Notes under the pieces: model-generated
What the model was told of the DNA's origin: nothing
What the model saw: only the letters and a program-made list of their open reading frames with translations
Database searches by the model: none
Translations under genes and position numbers: made by a program
Part shown: positions 17,806 to 28,051 of the stretch, one piece after another
How positions within the stretch are numbered: the stretch's first letter is position 1
How the letters are laid out: every line of letters starts with the position of its first letter
Source of the DNA: a virus
Taxonomy: Duplodnaviria > Caudoviricetes
IMG/VR virus record: IMGVR_UViG_3300027996_002398
Location: 1 to 56,076 of that record
DNA length: 56,076 nt
Direction: 5' to 3' (one strand)

Positions 17806-18357
17806 ATGAAAAATTTAAAAGAAATAAAATTAATGATGGAGAGATTAGAATCTCCAAGGTTAACCCAAACTGAGTTAAATCATAAAAAAAACCTTTTAAA
17901 AGAAGATATTTTAGAATTAAAACAAATGTCTAAACAAATCTATTCTTTTCTTAAAAAGAAGGGTTATGAAGTTAAAATGAAAACCGAACAAGGTGATAAA
18001 GGTAGGGAATCTTTTAATACTAACTTGGATTTAAATGATACCGTTCAATTAGTGATACAAGAAGGTTCTGAACTTGTAATGATAGCTTTACCGGTTCGTG
18101 CTGTTGTTAAGAAATTAACTGGTGAAAAAGACCTTAACTCTAGTAAAGTAACGGAAAAATATGGTAATGGGTTAAATGACTGGTATACTAATAAAGAAGT
18201 GACTAATTACGTTGATAAATTAGGTACTGAAATTGTTTCTCAACTAACATCTAAATACCCAAACATGAAACACTCTTTTGATAAAGATAATCAAGCAATG
18301 TTTTACTTTATGAAGTTTGGTTATGGTCGAAACAAAAAAGGTGGGGATATAAAATGA
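17806..18357 (+). CDS. Hypothetical protein
   Basis: 183 aa; N-terminal segment ends in LLKE. Confidence 0.75.
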   Translation: MKNLKEIKLMMERLESPRLTQTELNHKKNLLKEDILELKQMSKQIYSFLKKKGYEVKMKTEQGDKGRESFNTNLDLNDTVQLVIQEGSELVMIALPVRAVVKKLTGEKDLNSSKVTEKYGNGLNDWYTNKEVTNYVDKLGTEIVSQLTSKYPNMKHSFDKDNQAMFYFMKFGYGRNKKGGDIK

Positions 18358-18632
18358 AAAATATAATACGTAAGGTATTAAAAGAAGAATCAGACAAACA
18401 AACTGATTTAGCTAACTCTAATACTGAAGAACGTAATATATGTGATGATTTTAGTGCTGAAAGTTATGAGGATTTGGTTGATTTGATTAATAAATCACAC
18501 GTATCCAAAGAAGATGACCCTATAATAGAAAAATTATTAGATGAATTAAAATCTGATATGAAAAAGTTGGATACGGAAAAAGACTTAATAAACACATACC
18601 AACATAAAATAGCTACACAACTTTGTAAATGA
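18354..18632 (+). CDS. Hypothetical protein with MKNIIRKVLKEE leader
   Basis: ATGA overlap; shared leader. Confidence 0.72.
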   Translation: MKNIIRKVLKEESDKQTDLANSNTEERNICDDFSAESYEDLVDLINKSHVSKEDDPIIEKLLDELKSDMKKLDTEKDLINTYQHKIATQLCK

Positions 18633-18641
18633 AAAAGTTTT

Positions 18642-20171
18642 TTAACACCAGTCCTTTTCAGAAACTATAATAAATTGTATAATATCATGGTAAGTTCTTA
18701 CCTCGTTCCCTGATTCTATCTTAAACTCCGTATAATAATCATTAGGAATAAACCAAGAAGTATCAACTAAGAAATAATTACTATCTTCTGTTCTATTAAC
18801 TTCTTTCCAAGGCACATATTCTATTTGTGTCTCACCTTCTTTAATATATATTCTATAAGATATCTTATCTAACGGTTTGTAATTATCCGTATAAGGTACC
18901 ATAGCCTCAATATCAACCCTTCTAGTGTCTCCCCGTTTAATTTTTTCTTTACGTTTAATACCACTAAAAGAAAAATGGTAATCATAAATTGAAATATTAC
19001 GAGAATTACCAACACCTTTACCACTTTTATCACCTGAACCTATATTATAATAAGATTCTTCGTCTTTGATTACAAAATCTAATTCTACGTCACCTAAATT
19101 TTTACCATTAACAGTTACGTTTTGCCAAACATCTTTAAATTGAATATTTCCACAATAACCACTGACAGGGTTATTGTTAACAGACAAATCAACATAATAA
19201 ACCCCTGTTGTTGTTTGTTTTATATCACTACTTGTTAGAGTTTGGTAAATATTGTCGTTTTGGTCGTATACTATGACCCCTGAAATACTTGCATTAACAC
19301 GTTCTCCACCCGCATTAACATAAAGATATAATCTATTACTCTTATCTAAATGAAATTCACACCTATCGTCTTTAATTAAATCATCGTAAATAGTTTCCAT
19401 AAAAGGTTCATACACTGTTTGGGTATCTTTAGTAAAAAATCCTGTATAACAAAGTGATTCTTGTGGGGCTGACTCTAAACCTGGACTAAAAGCTATACCT
19501 AAATTAGCTTCAGTAATACCACTACTAATTAAACCATTAATATAGTTAGTCACATCTATACATACATTTTCATTACCTTTTTCAAAATATTGTTCACCTT
19601 TAACTAAATCTATTGTTGTTCCAGTATACCCAGAAGTATTACCTGAATACCACATTGTAGGGTTATTATAAACACCAGGTTGTGACCACGATGTCGCGGA
19701 TACTCTATCTTCCCAATTGGCCGGACCTTCACAATAAGCTTGGTCTCTTATGTCAGCAAAAACTCTATTTTGTTTATTAGGTTGTATTATTAAATCACTC
19801 TCTATATAATCATAACCATTTCCTTCAGCCCATTTTTCAGGGATTTCAAAAAGTGTCATATCAAAAGCTGTCGCTCTAGCAGACTCACCACAAGAAGATG
19901 AAAAAGTTTTACAAAACAATTCTGAATCAAAACAAGAAGTGTTAGTGACATTGATTTTGTGTGTCATTCCAGATAAAGAATATTCTTTTGTGTTAACCCT
20001 ATCGACTAACTCAGTCAAATCAAACCCAAACAAGTATCTTGAATATAAAATATCTTCTGAATTTAATGAACCACCGTGAAATAATTCCGCTATTGGGTTT
20101 CTTCCTGTGTTAGCACAAGAATTTCTTACTATCACAGTGTCTTTATCGAAATAAGTTCTATATATACTCAT
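18642..20171 (-). CDS. Putative virion structural protein (beta-rich)
   Basis: 509 aa; late motif at 20186-20194; next to the baseplate spike gene; SGxT/TGxT motifs. Confidence 0.6.
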   Translation of the reverse strand: MSIYRTYFDKDTVIVRNSCANTGRNPIAELFHGGSLNSEDILYSRYLFGFDLTELVDRVNTKEYSLSGMTHKINVTNTSCFDSELFCKTFSSSCGESARATAFDMTLFEIPEKWAEGNGYDYIESDLIIQPNKQNRVFADIRDQAYCEGPANWEDRVSATSWSQPGVYNNPTMWYSGNTSGYTGTTIDLVKGEQYFEKGNENVCIDVTNYINGLISSGITEANLGIAFSPGLESAPQESLCYTGFFTKDTQTVYEPFMETIYDDLIKDDRCEFHLDKSNRLYLYVNAGGERVNASISGVIVYDQNDNIYQTLTSSDIKQTTTGVYYVDLSVNNNPVSGYCGNIQFKDVWQNVTVNGKNLGDVELDFVIKDEESYYNIGSGDKSGKGVGNSRNISIYDYHFSFSGIKRKEKIKRGDTRRVDIEAMVPYTDNYKPLDKISYRIYIKEGETQIEYVPWKEVNRTEDSNYFLVDTSWFIPNDYYTEFKIESGNEVRTYHDIIQFIIVSEKDWC

Positions 20172-20211
20172 TAGTTTCTTTTACTAATAAATATCTAAAA
20201 AAACCATATTG

Positions 20212-21576
20212 TTAAAAATTTTCTAAGTCGTCTATTTCTGGTAGTTTTATATTATCAATACTTATACCTTCTGATATTAAAAACTGAATAACATCTAATA
20301 TTGTACTAGCATAAACGGAATTTAAGTTACTACCTTCATTTTCTATTTTGAGTATTAATTCACCATTAATATTATTAATAATGTCTAACTCTACTTTAGT
20401 TACACCATCTATTTCTAGTTTTGTACCTTTAACATCGATTAAAGGTATCTCATTACTATCTTCTCTTTGGATAAGGTCGTTATTTCTTTCCACAACCCCA
20501 TTTTCATCAAAATCGTTTGTAATAGAGTTAGTGGATGCCCCATCTAGGGGATTAATATTAACAGGTGTGTCACCTCCAGCAAAAATATTTTTACTATTCA
20601 ATTTAGGTAATTCCGAAACCATCCATCTTTGTAACCCTATAAACCCATCTGATGCTGGGTTTTGTGGTACGTTATGGTACGCATGTGTGTGGGTTTGAGC
20701 CCATTTAAATAGTTTTTTAATAAAATCTTTTAGAATATCACCATATACAACCGGGTGTAGCTTGGTTTCAATACTAGACTGTTCTTTTTCTGTCATAAAA
20801 GGTTTTATAATACTAGAAGAACTATCTCTACCTATTAAATAAATTTTATTACTAACCATTTTTATGTCAGTTCTAGTTTCGTTATACTTTTCTTTAGCTA
20901 AAATAGATTTTTGTTGTTGATTTTCTGTCGAATTGACTGTAGTGTTAGATTCATATTTACCTGGTGTTAAAGATTTAATTTGGATATAAGCCGGGTTTTT
21001 TATATTTCTTTCTTGTGGTTTGTTAGGTAAAAATTTAGCCGCTCTAATTAAAACTTCTGAATTTTTAAAAATAACATCAGAGTTTTCCCTACCTTGTATA
21101 GCAATTTCATCCTGTTTTGGGTATAATGCGGGTATACCTTGTCTAGGTAATTCTTTTGTTAATTCTTGGGTAAATATAGATTGATAAAAAGGGACCCCCA
21201 CACCTTCTCTACCTGCCATAGCTTGGTCAAATGTTTCAGTCCCTTCTAAAAATTCACCTAACTGTGGTAATATGGGCCCAATATATTCCCTATAACTATC
21301 GTTATTCCTTTGTTCGTAAAGAATTATTTTTACTATCTCACCTTTTTTAGGTCTTACATTTAAATATAGTGGTAAGAATGGCCAACAATAAGGTAGTTCA
21401 CTATCTAATTTTTTATCGTCTAAACCAACTATCCTAACTTTTATTAAACCAGCACCATTAGGGTCCACATCATCTATAACCTTACACACATAGATAACTC
21501 TACCTCTATTGAATTGACTTAATTCGTCTGTATTATCTCTAGAAGCACTACCTAATGAATAATTTTTACCATACAT
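20212..21576 (-). CDS. Baseplate hub/central spike protein (gp5/VgrG-like OB fold)
   Basis: VIDDVDP..AGLIKVRI...PYCWP...PKKGEIV OB-fold signature; HTH metal-binding spike motif. Confidence 0.75.
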   Translation of the reverse strand: MYGKNYSLGSASRDNTDELSQFNRGRVIYVCKVIDDVDPNGAGLIKVRIVGLDDKKLDSELPYCWPFLPLYLNVRPKKGEIVKIILYEQRNNDSYREYIGPILPQLGEFLEGTETFDQAMAGREGVGVPFYQSIFTQELTKELPRQGIPALYPKQDEIAIQGRENSDVIFKNSEVLIRAAKFLPNKPQERNIKNPAYIQIKSLTPGKYESNTTVNSTENQQQKSILAKEKYNETRTDIKMVSNKIYLIGRDSSSSIIKPFMTEKEQSSIETKLHPVVYGDILKDFIKKLFKWAQTHTHAYHNVPQNPASDGFIGLQRWMVSELPKLNSKNIFAGGDTPVNINPLDGASTNSITNDFDENGVVERNNDLIQREDSNEIPLIDVKGTKLEIDGVTKVELDIINNINGELILKIENEGSNLNSVYASTILDVIQFLISEGISIDNIKLPEIDDLENF

Positions 21577-21579
21577 CTT

Positions 21580-21750
21580 TTATAAGTTTCTATTTTTTAA
21601 TTCTTGTAATACTATACCATAAACTTCTTTTATTTTTTGTAAATGGTCGTACTTTAATAAAGTTTCTTTTTTAGCTAGATAAAAATCTTGAGCTAGTTTA
21701 AATTTAAGTTCACTTAACTGGGTATTACTTTTTTTATCTAAATCTTTCAT
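21580..21750 (-). CDS. Small hypothetical protein (56 aa), not in the ORF track
   Basis: MKDLDKKSNTQLSELKFKLAQDFYLAKKETLLKYDHLQKIKEVYGIVLQELKNRNL; fills the gap between its neighbours. Confidence 0.7.
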   Translation of the reverse strand: MKDLDKKSNTQLSELKFKLAQDFYLAKKETLLKYDHLQKIKEVYGIVLQELKNRNL

Positions 21751-21756
21751 TTTTTT

Positions 21757-22203
21757 TTAAGATATTTGACCATGACCACAACCAACCGAAACTATAGTAC
21801 CAAGAACTTGTATAGGCCCCCCAGCATTACCACCAGTCGCCTGTACTTGTGCACCTGGCCTATTACAATTGTCAATTCTAGCTTCTTCAGTAAAAGCTTT
21901 AAATATTTCAGTTACTCTTATAACCTCCATCATTTCGTCTGGAGCGTTAGCTCCACCATCTATTGTACCAGTTGGTAGACCTGCTTCAGATTTTCTACTT
22001 ATTATTTTAGCCGCTGTTTTAATAGGGTTAAGCCCTGGTTTATTACCACCTAAAAAAGCTAAACTTACTGGGTCCACCACATTACCACCAGGGAGGTTAG
22101 GTATTTTAAATAAATTTTTTAAAGCGTCTAATATAGATTGTGGGCTTTTAAAATTTATTTTACCTAATTTTTCAGTTTCTTTACACTTATTTTTATTACT
22201 CAT
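21757..22203 (-). CDS. Hypothetical protein, probably baseplate-associated
   Basis: Gly/Pro-rich; co-oriented with the spike gene. Confidence 0.65.
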   Translation of the reverse strand: MSNKNKCKETEKLGKINFKSPQSILDALKNLFKIPNLPGGNVVDPVSLAFLGGNKPGLNPIKTAAKIISRKSEAGLPTGTIDGGANAPDEMMEVIRVTEIFKAFTEEARIDNCNRPGAQVQATGGNAGGPIQVLGTIVSVGCGHGQIS

Positions 22204-22206
22204 AAT

Positions 22207-23736
22207 TTATTTATATTTAGAACCCTCTATTTCTGGGGTTGGTATTTTATTTATAAGACCAGATATAGCTCCGGATACTGGACCGACTAAGAAACTAGCT
22301 ATAATAGCTAATTTTTTATCAACAATTGATTTTATTATTTTTTTAACTACTTTAGCTATTAACCTAAGTAGTTCTTTTTTTAATTTATTAAAGACAATCT
22401 TAACTAAAACAGCTAAAGACTCCCTAAGAACATAATCAGCAAAAACACGATTACTCCTCCACCAATTATAACTATTTCTTTCTGTAATAGTAACATTATT
22501 AACTATAAAATTAGAAAAATTATATATACCCAATATTTTAGGGGTTAGTATAGATATTTTGGCAACAACTTTAGGTATCGATAGACACATATCTGTGGTC
22601 ATCTTATCTTCTATAGTTTTTTTATTTTCAACAGAAACTAAACTAACGGTTTCACCTAAACCTTGTATAGTTCTTGTTATTGAAATACTTTTTTCATTAA
22701 AACTACTATTATTATTATCTAATAAATCTAGTGTTTTAGATATGTTACCTTGGTTTGGGGAATTTCTTAAATCATATTCAAACACACCACAACCCAAATC
22801 TAAAGAAACTATACCAGTTTTTCTTTCTCTAGCTCTACGTTCAAATTCTTCAATTTCATCGTTAGTAAATGAAAAAAAAGAGTCATCATAAACAATTTCA
22901 TCCCTACAAGGGTCTATATTCAATGTTTTTTCAATTAATTTATTAGTTTTTTCTTCATTCACCAATAACTCAGAACTAACATCTAAACTAGCTGTTACAT
23001 TACTAAAAAAATTATCAATAACATTCCCTAATAACATTTTTTGGTTAAAAATTTCAATACTTTCTATATAATCAGCGATAAAATCATTAAAACTTTTATT
23101 TTCATAATTAGGGTTAACAGCCATAGATATTTGTCCAGGAGTAATAAAAGTTACATCTAGTATTGGTCCATTAGGTCCTTCCCATGTTTCAGTTACGAAA
23201 GGTGTTTGTATTAAATTATATAAAAATCTATTAAAGTCTCTTTCAGGGTCACCATAAAAAATTCCACCAAAAAGGTTTTCTTCTGGAGAATATTGTAATA
23301 TATTATTATAATCGATTAATTTTAAATCCATTATTTGTATTGTATTCGGTGGTATTTTAAAATCAGAGCCACATGATAAAGCTTCTCTTATCGCTATAGC
23401 GACAGCTTCTTTAACTATTCTTATTAACTCAGGTATAAATTCTATTAATATTTCTAATAGAATTCTTGTCGCATTACATTTTACAGGCCCTTGTTCCCTC
23501 ATAACCCCAATTGGTGGTGGTCCACTAAAGGTTGGGTCAAATTCGGTTTCTTGCTCTTCACCTGGGTCATCACAGGATACAGCTAACATGTTTATTAAGT
23601 AAGGTACTATATTTTTTTTAGCCGTATTAACGGATTGTATAGCAGAGGTTTGTCTTACAGCGTCAGGGAAATCTCGCATTGTTTTAAAAATACTAATCTC
23701 TTTTTCAATATTAACTTTATCTTCAATAAAACCCAT
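22207..23736 (-). CDS. Hypothetical protein, probably structural
   Basis: 509 aa, in the late operon with the spike gene. Confidence 0.7.
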   Translation of the reverse strand: MGFIEDKVNIEKEISIFKTMRDFPDAVRQTSAIQSVNTAKKNIVPYLINMLAVSCDDPGEEQETEFDPTFSGPPPIGVMREQGPVKCNATRILLEILIEFIPELIRIVKEAVAIAIREALSCGSDFKIPPNTIQIMDLKLIDYNNILQYSPEENLFGGIFYGDPERDFNRFLYNLIQTPFVTETWEGPNGPILDVTFITPGQISMAVNPNYENKSFNDFIADYIESIEIFNQKMLLGNVIDNFFSNVTASLDVSSELLVNEEKTNKLIEKTLNIDPCRDEIVYDDSFFSFTNDEIEEFERRARERKTGIVSLDLGCGVFEYDLRNSPNQGNISKTLDLLDNNNSSFNEKSISITRTIQGLGETVSLVSVENKKTIEDKMTTDMCLSIPKVVAKISILTPKILGIYNFSNFIVNNVTITERNSYNWWRSNRVFADYVLRESLAVLVKIVFNKLKKELLRLIAKVVKKIIKSIVDKKLAIIASFLVGPVSGAISGLINKIPTPEIEGSKYK

Positions 23737-23738
23737 TA

Positions 23739-24089
23739 CTAATTTTCTTTTTTATCAAACATTCCTCTTAATAATTCCATATCTTCAGGAGTTAACGAAC
23801 CATCAACCTTTTCACCACCATTATCCCCTTTAAAAACTAAAGTGCTCATTAATTTTACTAAAGATAATTTTTTATCTATCGTGTTATCAATAAGTTTAAG
23901 TAAATCAGTGTTAGCTTTATTTAGATTAACTAAATCATGCATATCATCTATTTCTACTTTTTTTTTATTCTCGTTAATTTGTCTAATAGCTGTTGTTCGT
24001 TGCTCAACAAGTTCATTATAGGCTTCTTGAGCCATACCTAAAAAACTATCTGTGGATATCTTAACTTCTTTTTTCTTTGGCCTGCCCAT
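23739..24089 (-). CDS. Hypothetical helical protein (possible small terminase)
   Basis: Late motif at 24101-24109; size and helical pattern loosely resemble T4 gp16. The function is weakly supported. Confidence 0.5.
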   Translation of the reverse strand: MGRPKKKEVKISTDSFLGMAQEAYNELVEQRTTAIRQINENKKKVEIDDMHDLVNLNKANTDLLKLIDNTIDKKLSLVKLMSTLVFKGDNGGEKVDGSLTPEDMELLRGMFDKKEN

Positions 24090-24123
24090 AACTTTTTTAT
24101 TATAAATATCTTTTTATTTAATT

Positions 24124-24906
24124 TTAAAAAGATTCTTCTTTTAATATGTTATAAATAGTTTTATATCTTTTCATAGCATTTCTAATATCTTTAGTATTTA
24201 AAGAAGTCATTTCTCTCATATAATAAAGAATTAAATTTTTATTAAATTTATTTCCACCGGGTACATTGTCATCATCAAATAAAACTTCCCACCCATCTAA
24301 TATTGAGGTTAAAGCTCTACCAACCTTAACTTCGTTTTCGTTTAAAACTCTATCTTCCATTTCTTTTTTAATAGATTCAGAAATACCATCTATTAATTTA
24401 GATAAATCAATCCCATCATCATCTATTGTGTAAATTAATTCATCCTTCTCTTCAAGAGCAGAAGAAACGTCATCAAAATTTAGATTTTGTTTCATCTTTT
24501 TATCTTCTTTAATTAACTTACCTAAAAGATAATGTTTTACCACTGTTCCATAGTAAGAATATGATTTTTTGTTTTTTGCTGGTTTAAATTTGTGGAATTT
24601 AACATGTAAAAACCCTAAAGTATCAGCATGAAGGTCTTCAAACTCCATTGTTTTAGAATAGAGTTTGTACCTTCTAATAATGCTCTCAACCATTTTATCT
24701 AGTGGAGCTTTTAATTGCTTAAGATATATTTTATTTCTTTGTATATCCTCATGTGTCGTACCTGTCCATCTGTACCCGTCTTGTGTATTAGGGTCTTTAA
24801 TAATTGTTCCAAGTTCAAGATATTTCTTTACTGCTTCTTCTTCTTCTGGACCAAAGTAAGGCTTCTTTTTTGGTTTTCTACCCCTTTTCTTTGGTTCTAC
24901 TGACAT
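24124..24906 (-). CDS. Late-transcription sigma factor (T4 gp55-like)
   Basis: Sigma region 2-like ...KMVESIIRRY...FEDL..D...KFHKFKPAKNKKSYSYYGTVVKHYL. Confidence 0.7.
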   Translation of the reverse strand: MSVEPKKRGRKPKKKPYFGPEEEEAVKKYLELGTIIKDPNTQDGYRWTGTTHEDIQRNKIYLKQLKAPLDKMVESIIRRYKLYSKTMEFEDLHADTLGFLHVKFHKFKPAKNKKSYSYYGTVVKHYLLGKLIKEDKKMKQNLNFDDVSSALEEKDELIYTIDDDGIDLSKLIDGISESIKKEMEDRVLNENEVKVGRALTSILDGWEVLFDDDNVPGGNKFNKNLILYYMREMTSLNTKDIRNAMKRYKTIYNILKEESF

Positions 24907-25716
24907 TTACTGAGTTATTTCTTCACTATATGTTATACCTCTATCTTGTTTAAAATAACATTCTTTTTTAGCTTGGTTAAACCACCATCTAGCCTCATCA
25001 GGTCTAAGTTTGTTTTCACCCATATAATGTTCATAGAACAAAGCTGAAGGTCTCATGTTTGTTTTTTTATAACCCACTTTAGGTATGGTCATAATTTTTT
25101 TATCGTAGTAAGTCATTCTTAATAAAAATTCATACCCGAACTGTAATTCAATACTTGGTTTAAACCCACCTACAGTAGTAAAAGCTTCTTTCTTATAGAA
25201 CCCACCAGAGATTTGAAATTGTGGGTAATTTAATAACGCGTCATTATCTAGAAAACCTAATTTGTCAGAAAAATCTTTTGCCCAAACTGGTTCATTACTA
25301 AAATGTAAAAATTTACCCTCAACGTTAGCGTCTAATACGATTGGTAAAAATACTTCTACATCATCATAATATTTAGAGTATTTATAAAAATTGTTAAAAA
25401 TAATTTTTGAATACTCGTCATCAAATTCTAAAATTGAAAACCATTCGGTATCAATTTTAGAAACACCGAAATTAATTTGAGAACAAAAGTCTGTCTTGCC
25501 ATCATTCTCAACAATAGAGATTATTTCTTTAATTTTATCATCATAATCGTAAGACTCTAAAGTTTTTTTAATCTCACTATCTTTTGGTACTACTAACATA
25601 ACTTTAGTAGGTAATTCTTTTTGTTCTCTAATACTAGCGATAGCTTTAGCGAAATAATCTTTTTCATTTTCATTAAGTCTATGGACTGGTATGATAGTTG
25701 TTACTGTATTACTCAT
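24907..25716 (-). CDS. Glycosyltransferase, GT-A/GT2-like
   Basis: TTIIPVH, AIASI..Q, INFG, EFDDEY, VGGF motifs. Confidence 0.8.
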   Translation of the reverse strand: MSNTVTTIIPVHRLNENEKDYFAKAIASIREQKELPTKVMLVVPKDSEIKKTLESYDYDDKIKEIISIVENDGKTDFCSQINFGVSKIDTEWFSILEFDDEYSKIIFNNFYKYSKYYDDVEVFLPIVLDANVEGKFLHFSNEPVWAKDFSDKLGFLDNDALLNYPQFQISGGFYKKEAFTTVGGFKPSIELQFGYEFLLRMTYYDKKIMTIPKVGYKKTNMRPSALFYEHYMGENKLRPDEARWWFNQAKKECYFKQDRGITYSEEITQ

Positions 25717-26827
25717 TTTCTAATTTATTTTCAGATTCTATTATTTCTTTAGATGCTCCTAAAAGAACATCTTTTTCTACTTTTTCTAAATCAACATTAA
25801 ATAATTTAATAGTTTTATCCACCAAACCTTCAAAATAAGTTTTAATAGACTCTTTTTGGTTATCTGTATTATATTTTTTATATGTAGTCTCCATTTCTTC
25901 ATAAATTTCTTGTGGTTCTAAATCTTCTAACCAAGCTTGTATATAGTTACCTAAAATATCTACAATATTACTAGTATTATTTGTCCACATTCCGTTTTTA
26001 TCAGTAATCCATTCAGGTACCATATTAGGTACTTTACCTATAACAGGTACACCACACTTCATAGATTCTAGAGGAAAAGTACCAAACCCAGACACATCGT
26101 CAACCCAAACAGAAACACAAGATTCTGATAGTTCTTCAGCGAATTTTTCTCTTGGGACCCCTCTTAAGTCTCTGAAAGAAACCCATTTTAAGTGTGGGTA
26201 TTTAACATAAAAAGTTTTAAATATTTTTAAGGTATCTCTTTGGTCTCTTGTGTGTATTGTGACTATTGGTTTTTTAGGTGCTTCACTTTTTTTAAAATAA
26301 TCAGGAATACTGACCATAGTTGTACCTACCTCTAGGTTTGGGTTGTTGAAAACACTATTTATATATTCTTTTTGGTTTTCTGTAGTGGTAAAAGCGTCAA
26401 ACACTTTATAGTCTAACCAAGTTTTACCAGGTTCTAACATTTCAAAAATGTAATCATAAGCTTGTGACATCACTATTCTTCTACAAGGTAACCCTTTTAT
26501 TTGTTCTAAAACATTGGCAAATATTTCAGGGACAATAACAAAGTCTGTATTTTTAACTTTTAAACTTTCCTTTTCAATAGATAGGTGAGGTAATTCAGCG
26601 TACTCATCACCCAACCAAGATTTTACACTAGTATAATCATTTTTTTCATGTAAAACATAGGCCTTATAACCCAGTTCTATTAGAACTTTCACATGTTCAT
26701 AAGTGTTGGCTACTCCCGCTGAAGGTGAGCCTTTAGTATCCATAGTAAAAAAATAAAAACCAAAATCTTTAGTTTTTAATTTTTCAATACTAGATTTAAT
26801 TTCTTTTAAAATTTCAGTACTTTCCAT
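25709..26827 (-). CDS. Glycosyltransferase, GT-B/GT4-like
   Basis: DFVIVPE and SGFGTFPLESMKCGVPVIG motifs. Confidence 0.8.
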   Translation of the reverse strand: MESTEILKEIKSSIEKLKTKDFGFYFFTMDTKGSPSAGVANTYEHVKVLIELGYKAYVLHEKNDYTSVKSWLGDEYAELPHLSIEKESLKVKNTDFVIVPEIFANVLEQIKGLPCRRIVMSQAYDYIFEMLEPGKTWLDYKVFDAFTTTENQKEYINSVFNNPNLEVGTTMVSIPDYFKKSEAPKKPIVTIHTRDQRDTLKIFKTFYVKYPHLKWVSFRDLRGVPREKFAEELSESCVSVWVDDVSGFGTFPLESMKCGVPVIGKVPNMVPEWITDKNGMWTNNTSNIVDILGNYIQAWLEDLEPQEIYEEMETTYKKYNTDNQKESIKTYFEGLVDKTIKLFNVDLEKVEKDVLLGASKEIIESENKLENE

Positions 26828-26833
26828 TTTTTT

Positions 26834-27169
26834 TTAATTTCTTTTTATTAATTTATGTTTTATTAGTGTGTTAAATGATAAACGACATGGTATCGATAGT
26901 TGACTCCCTAACATTGTGGAACCCATACCCTCATCTACAATACCGTTTTCACTTAATATTGTTTCTATCATAACTTTTACCAAATCCCATCTGGTCATAT
27001 CAATTAATGGACCTTGGAATTCGGTAAGTTCTTCATTTTCTTTATCTTCTTCTGAGGTATTTAATAATTCCTCTAGATTTTTTGGTTCTTTCTCATTAAT
27101 TCTAACAAAATCAGATATATTATCCAAGTCAAAATAAAATTCGTTACCAGCTATATCAAAAAATTCCAT
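26834..27169 (-). CDS. Hypothetical protein
   Basis: 111-aa ORF in the operon. Confidence 0.7.
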   Translation of the reverse strand: MEFFDIAGNEFYFDLDNISDFVRINEKEPKNLEELLNTSEEDKENEELTEFQGPLIDMTRWDLVKVMIETILSENGIVDEGMGSTMLGSQLSIPCRLSFNTLIKHKLIKRN

Positions 27170-27211
27170 GATTAATTATTAAGTATTATTTATTATTTGT
27201 AAACACTTTTA

Positions 27212-27901
27212 TCATACAATTAAACTACCTTTATATACTTGTTCAAGATTGTCTAATAATCTTTCATCTATTTCTTTAATTGTTTTCACTCTATGACCTA
27301 ATTGAGTCAATTTTTTATTATAATCTTTGTCTATAACAATACTTAATTTATTTAAAGGTTTTGTGTTTAATATGTTTGGATGGTCTGTAATCATTACATC
27401 AATATAATCCCATACTTTACTATACTCAGTAACAAATTTTATATTAGGGCAAGTAGATTTTGTTTTCGCTAAAAAAAATAATGTAGATGGTATTGCCATA
27501 CCCCCTTCTCTACTGATTAAGATAAATTCGTGCCTTGGGTTGTCTAGTATTAATTGGTTTAAAGTTTCTACCGCAGAACTAATAGACTCTTCTGCGTACC
27601 CAAAAATTTCTACTGTACAATTTTCATATAAAAATTCCTCTAAAGTAACTTTATCTTTAACATCAACCAAATTGGTTTCATTTTCAGATTCCAAAAAAGA
27701 CTCTTCATTAAAATCAGGGTTAAACTCTACTTCCCCTTGTTTAACTTTTTCTTCAGGAAAAGTGACCCATTTTTCAAGGTCATAATCAGTAATTTCAATT
27801 TCGTTTTCACCTTCTTCGGTTGGGAAATATTTTTTATGTGTTTCTTCTATTTGGCCTAGTAAATCCCTTAAAACGCCATCAATTGATACTCCTACTTTCA
27901 T
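27212..27901 (-). CDS. HAD-fold 5'(3')-nucleotidase-like protein with degenerate motif I
   Basis: VGVSIDGVLRD, LISRE, DVMITDHP, DYNK. Confidence 0.6.
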   Translation of the reverse strand: MKVGVSIDGVLRDLLGQIEETHKKYFPTEEGENEIEITDYDLEKWVTFPEEKVKQGEVEFNPDFNEESFLESENETNLVDVKDKVTLEEFLYENCTVEIFGYAEESISSAVETLNQLILDNPRHEFILISREGGMAIPSTLFFLAKTKSTCPNIKFVTEYSKVWDYIDVMITDHPNILNTKPLNKLSIVIDKDYNKKLTQLGHRVKTIKEIDERLLDNLEQVYKGSLIV

Positions 27902-28047
27902 ACCTTTTCTATTTTATAAATTTTAAATATTTCTTTCTTAGGTAATTGTTTAACTTTAGAAAAATATTCTATAGCCAAGTCCAATGAATTTTGTTTAGTG
28001 GTGTTTATTACTTCACCAGATATATTTTTTAATACATACTTATTCAT
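27898..28047 (-). CDS. Small hypothetical protein
   Basis: ATG 28047 (MNKYVLKN...) avoids overlap with the upstream gene. Confidence 0.6.
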   Translation of the reverse strand: MNKYVLKNISGEVINTTKQNSLDLAIEYFSKVKQLPKKEIFKIYKIEKV

Positions 28048-28051
28048 GAAT

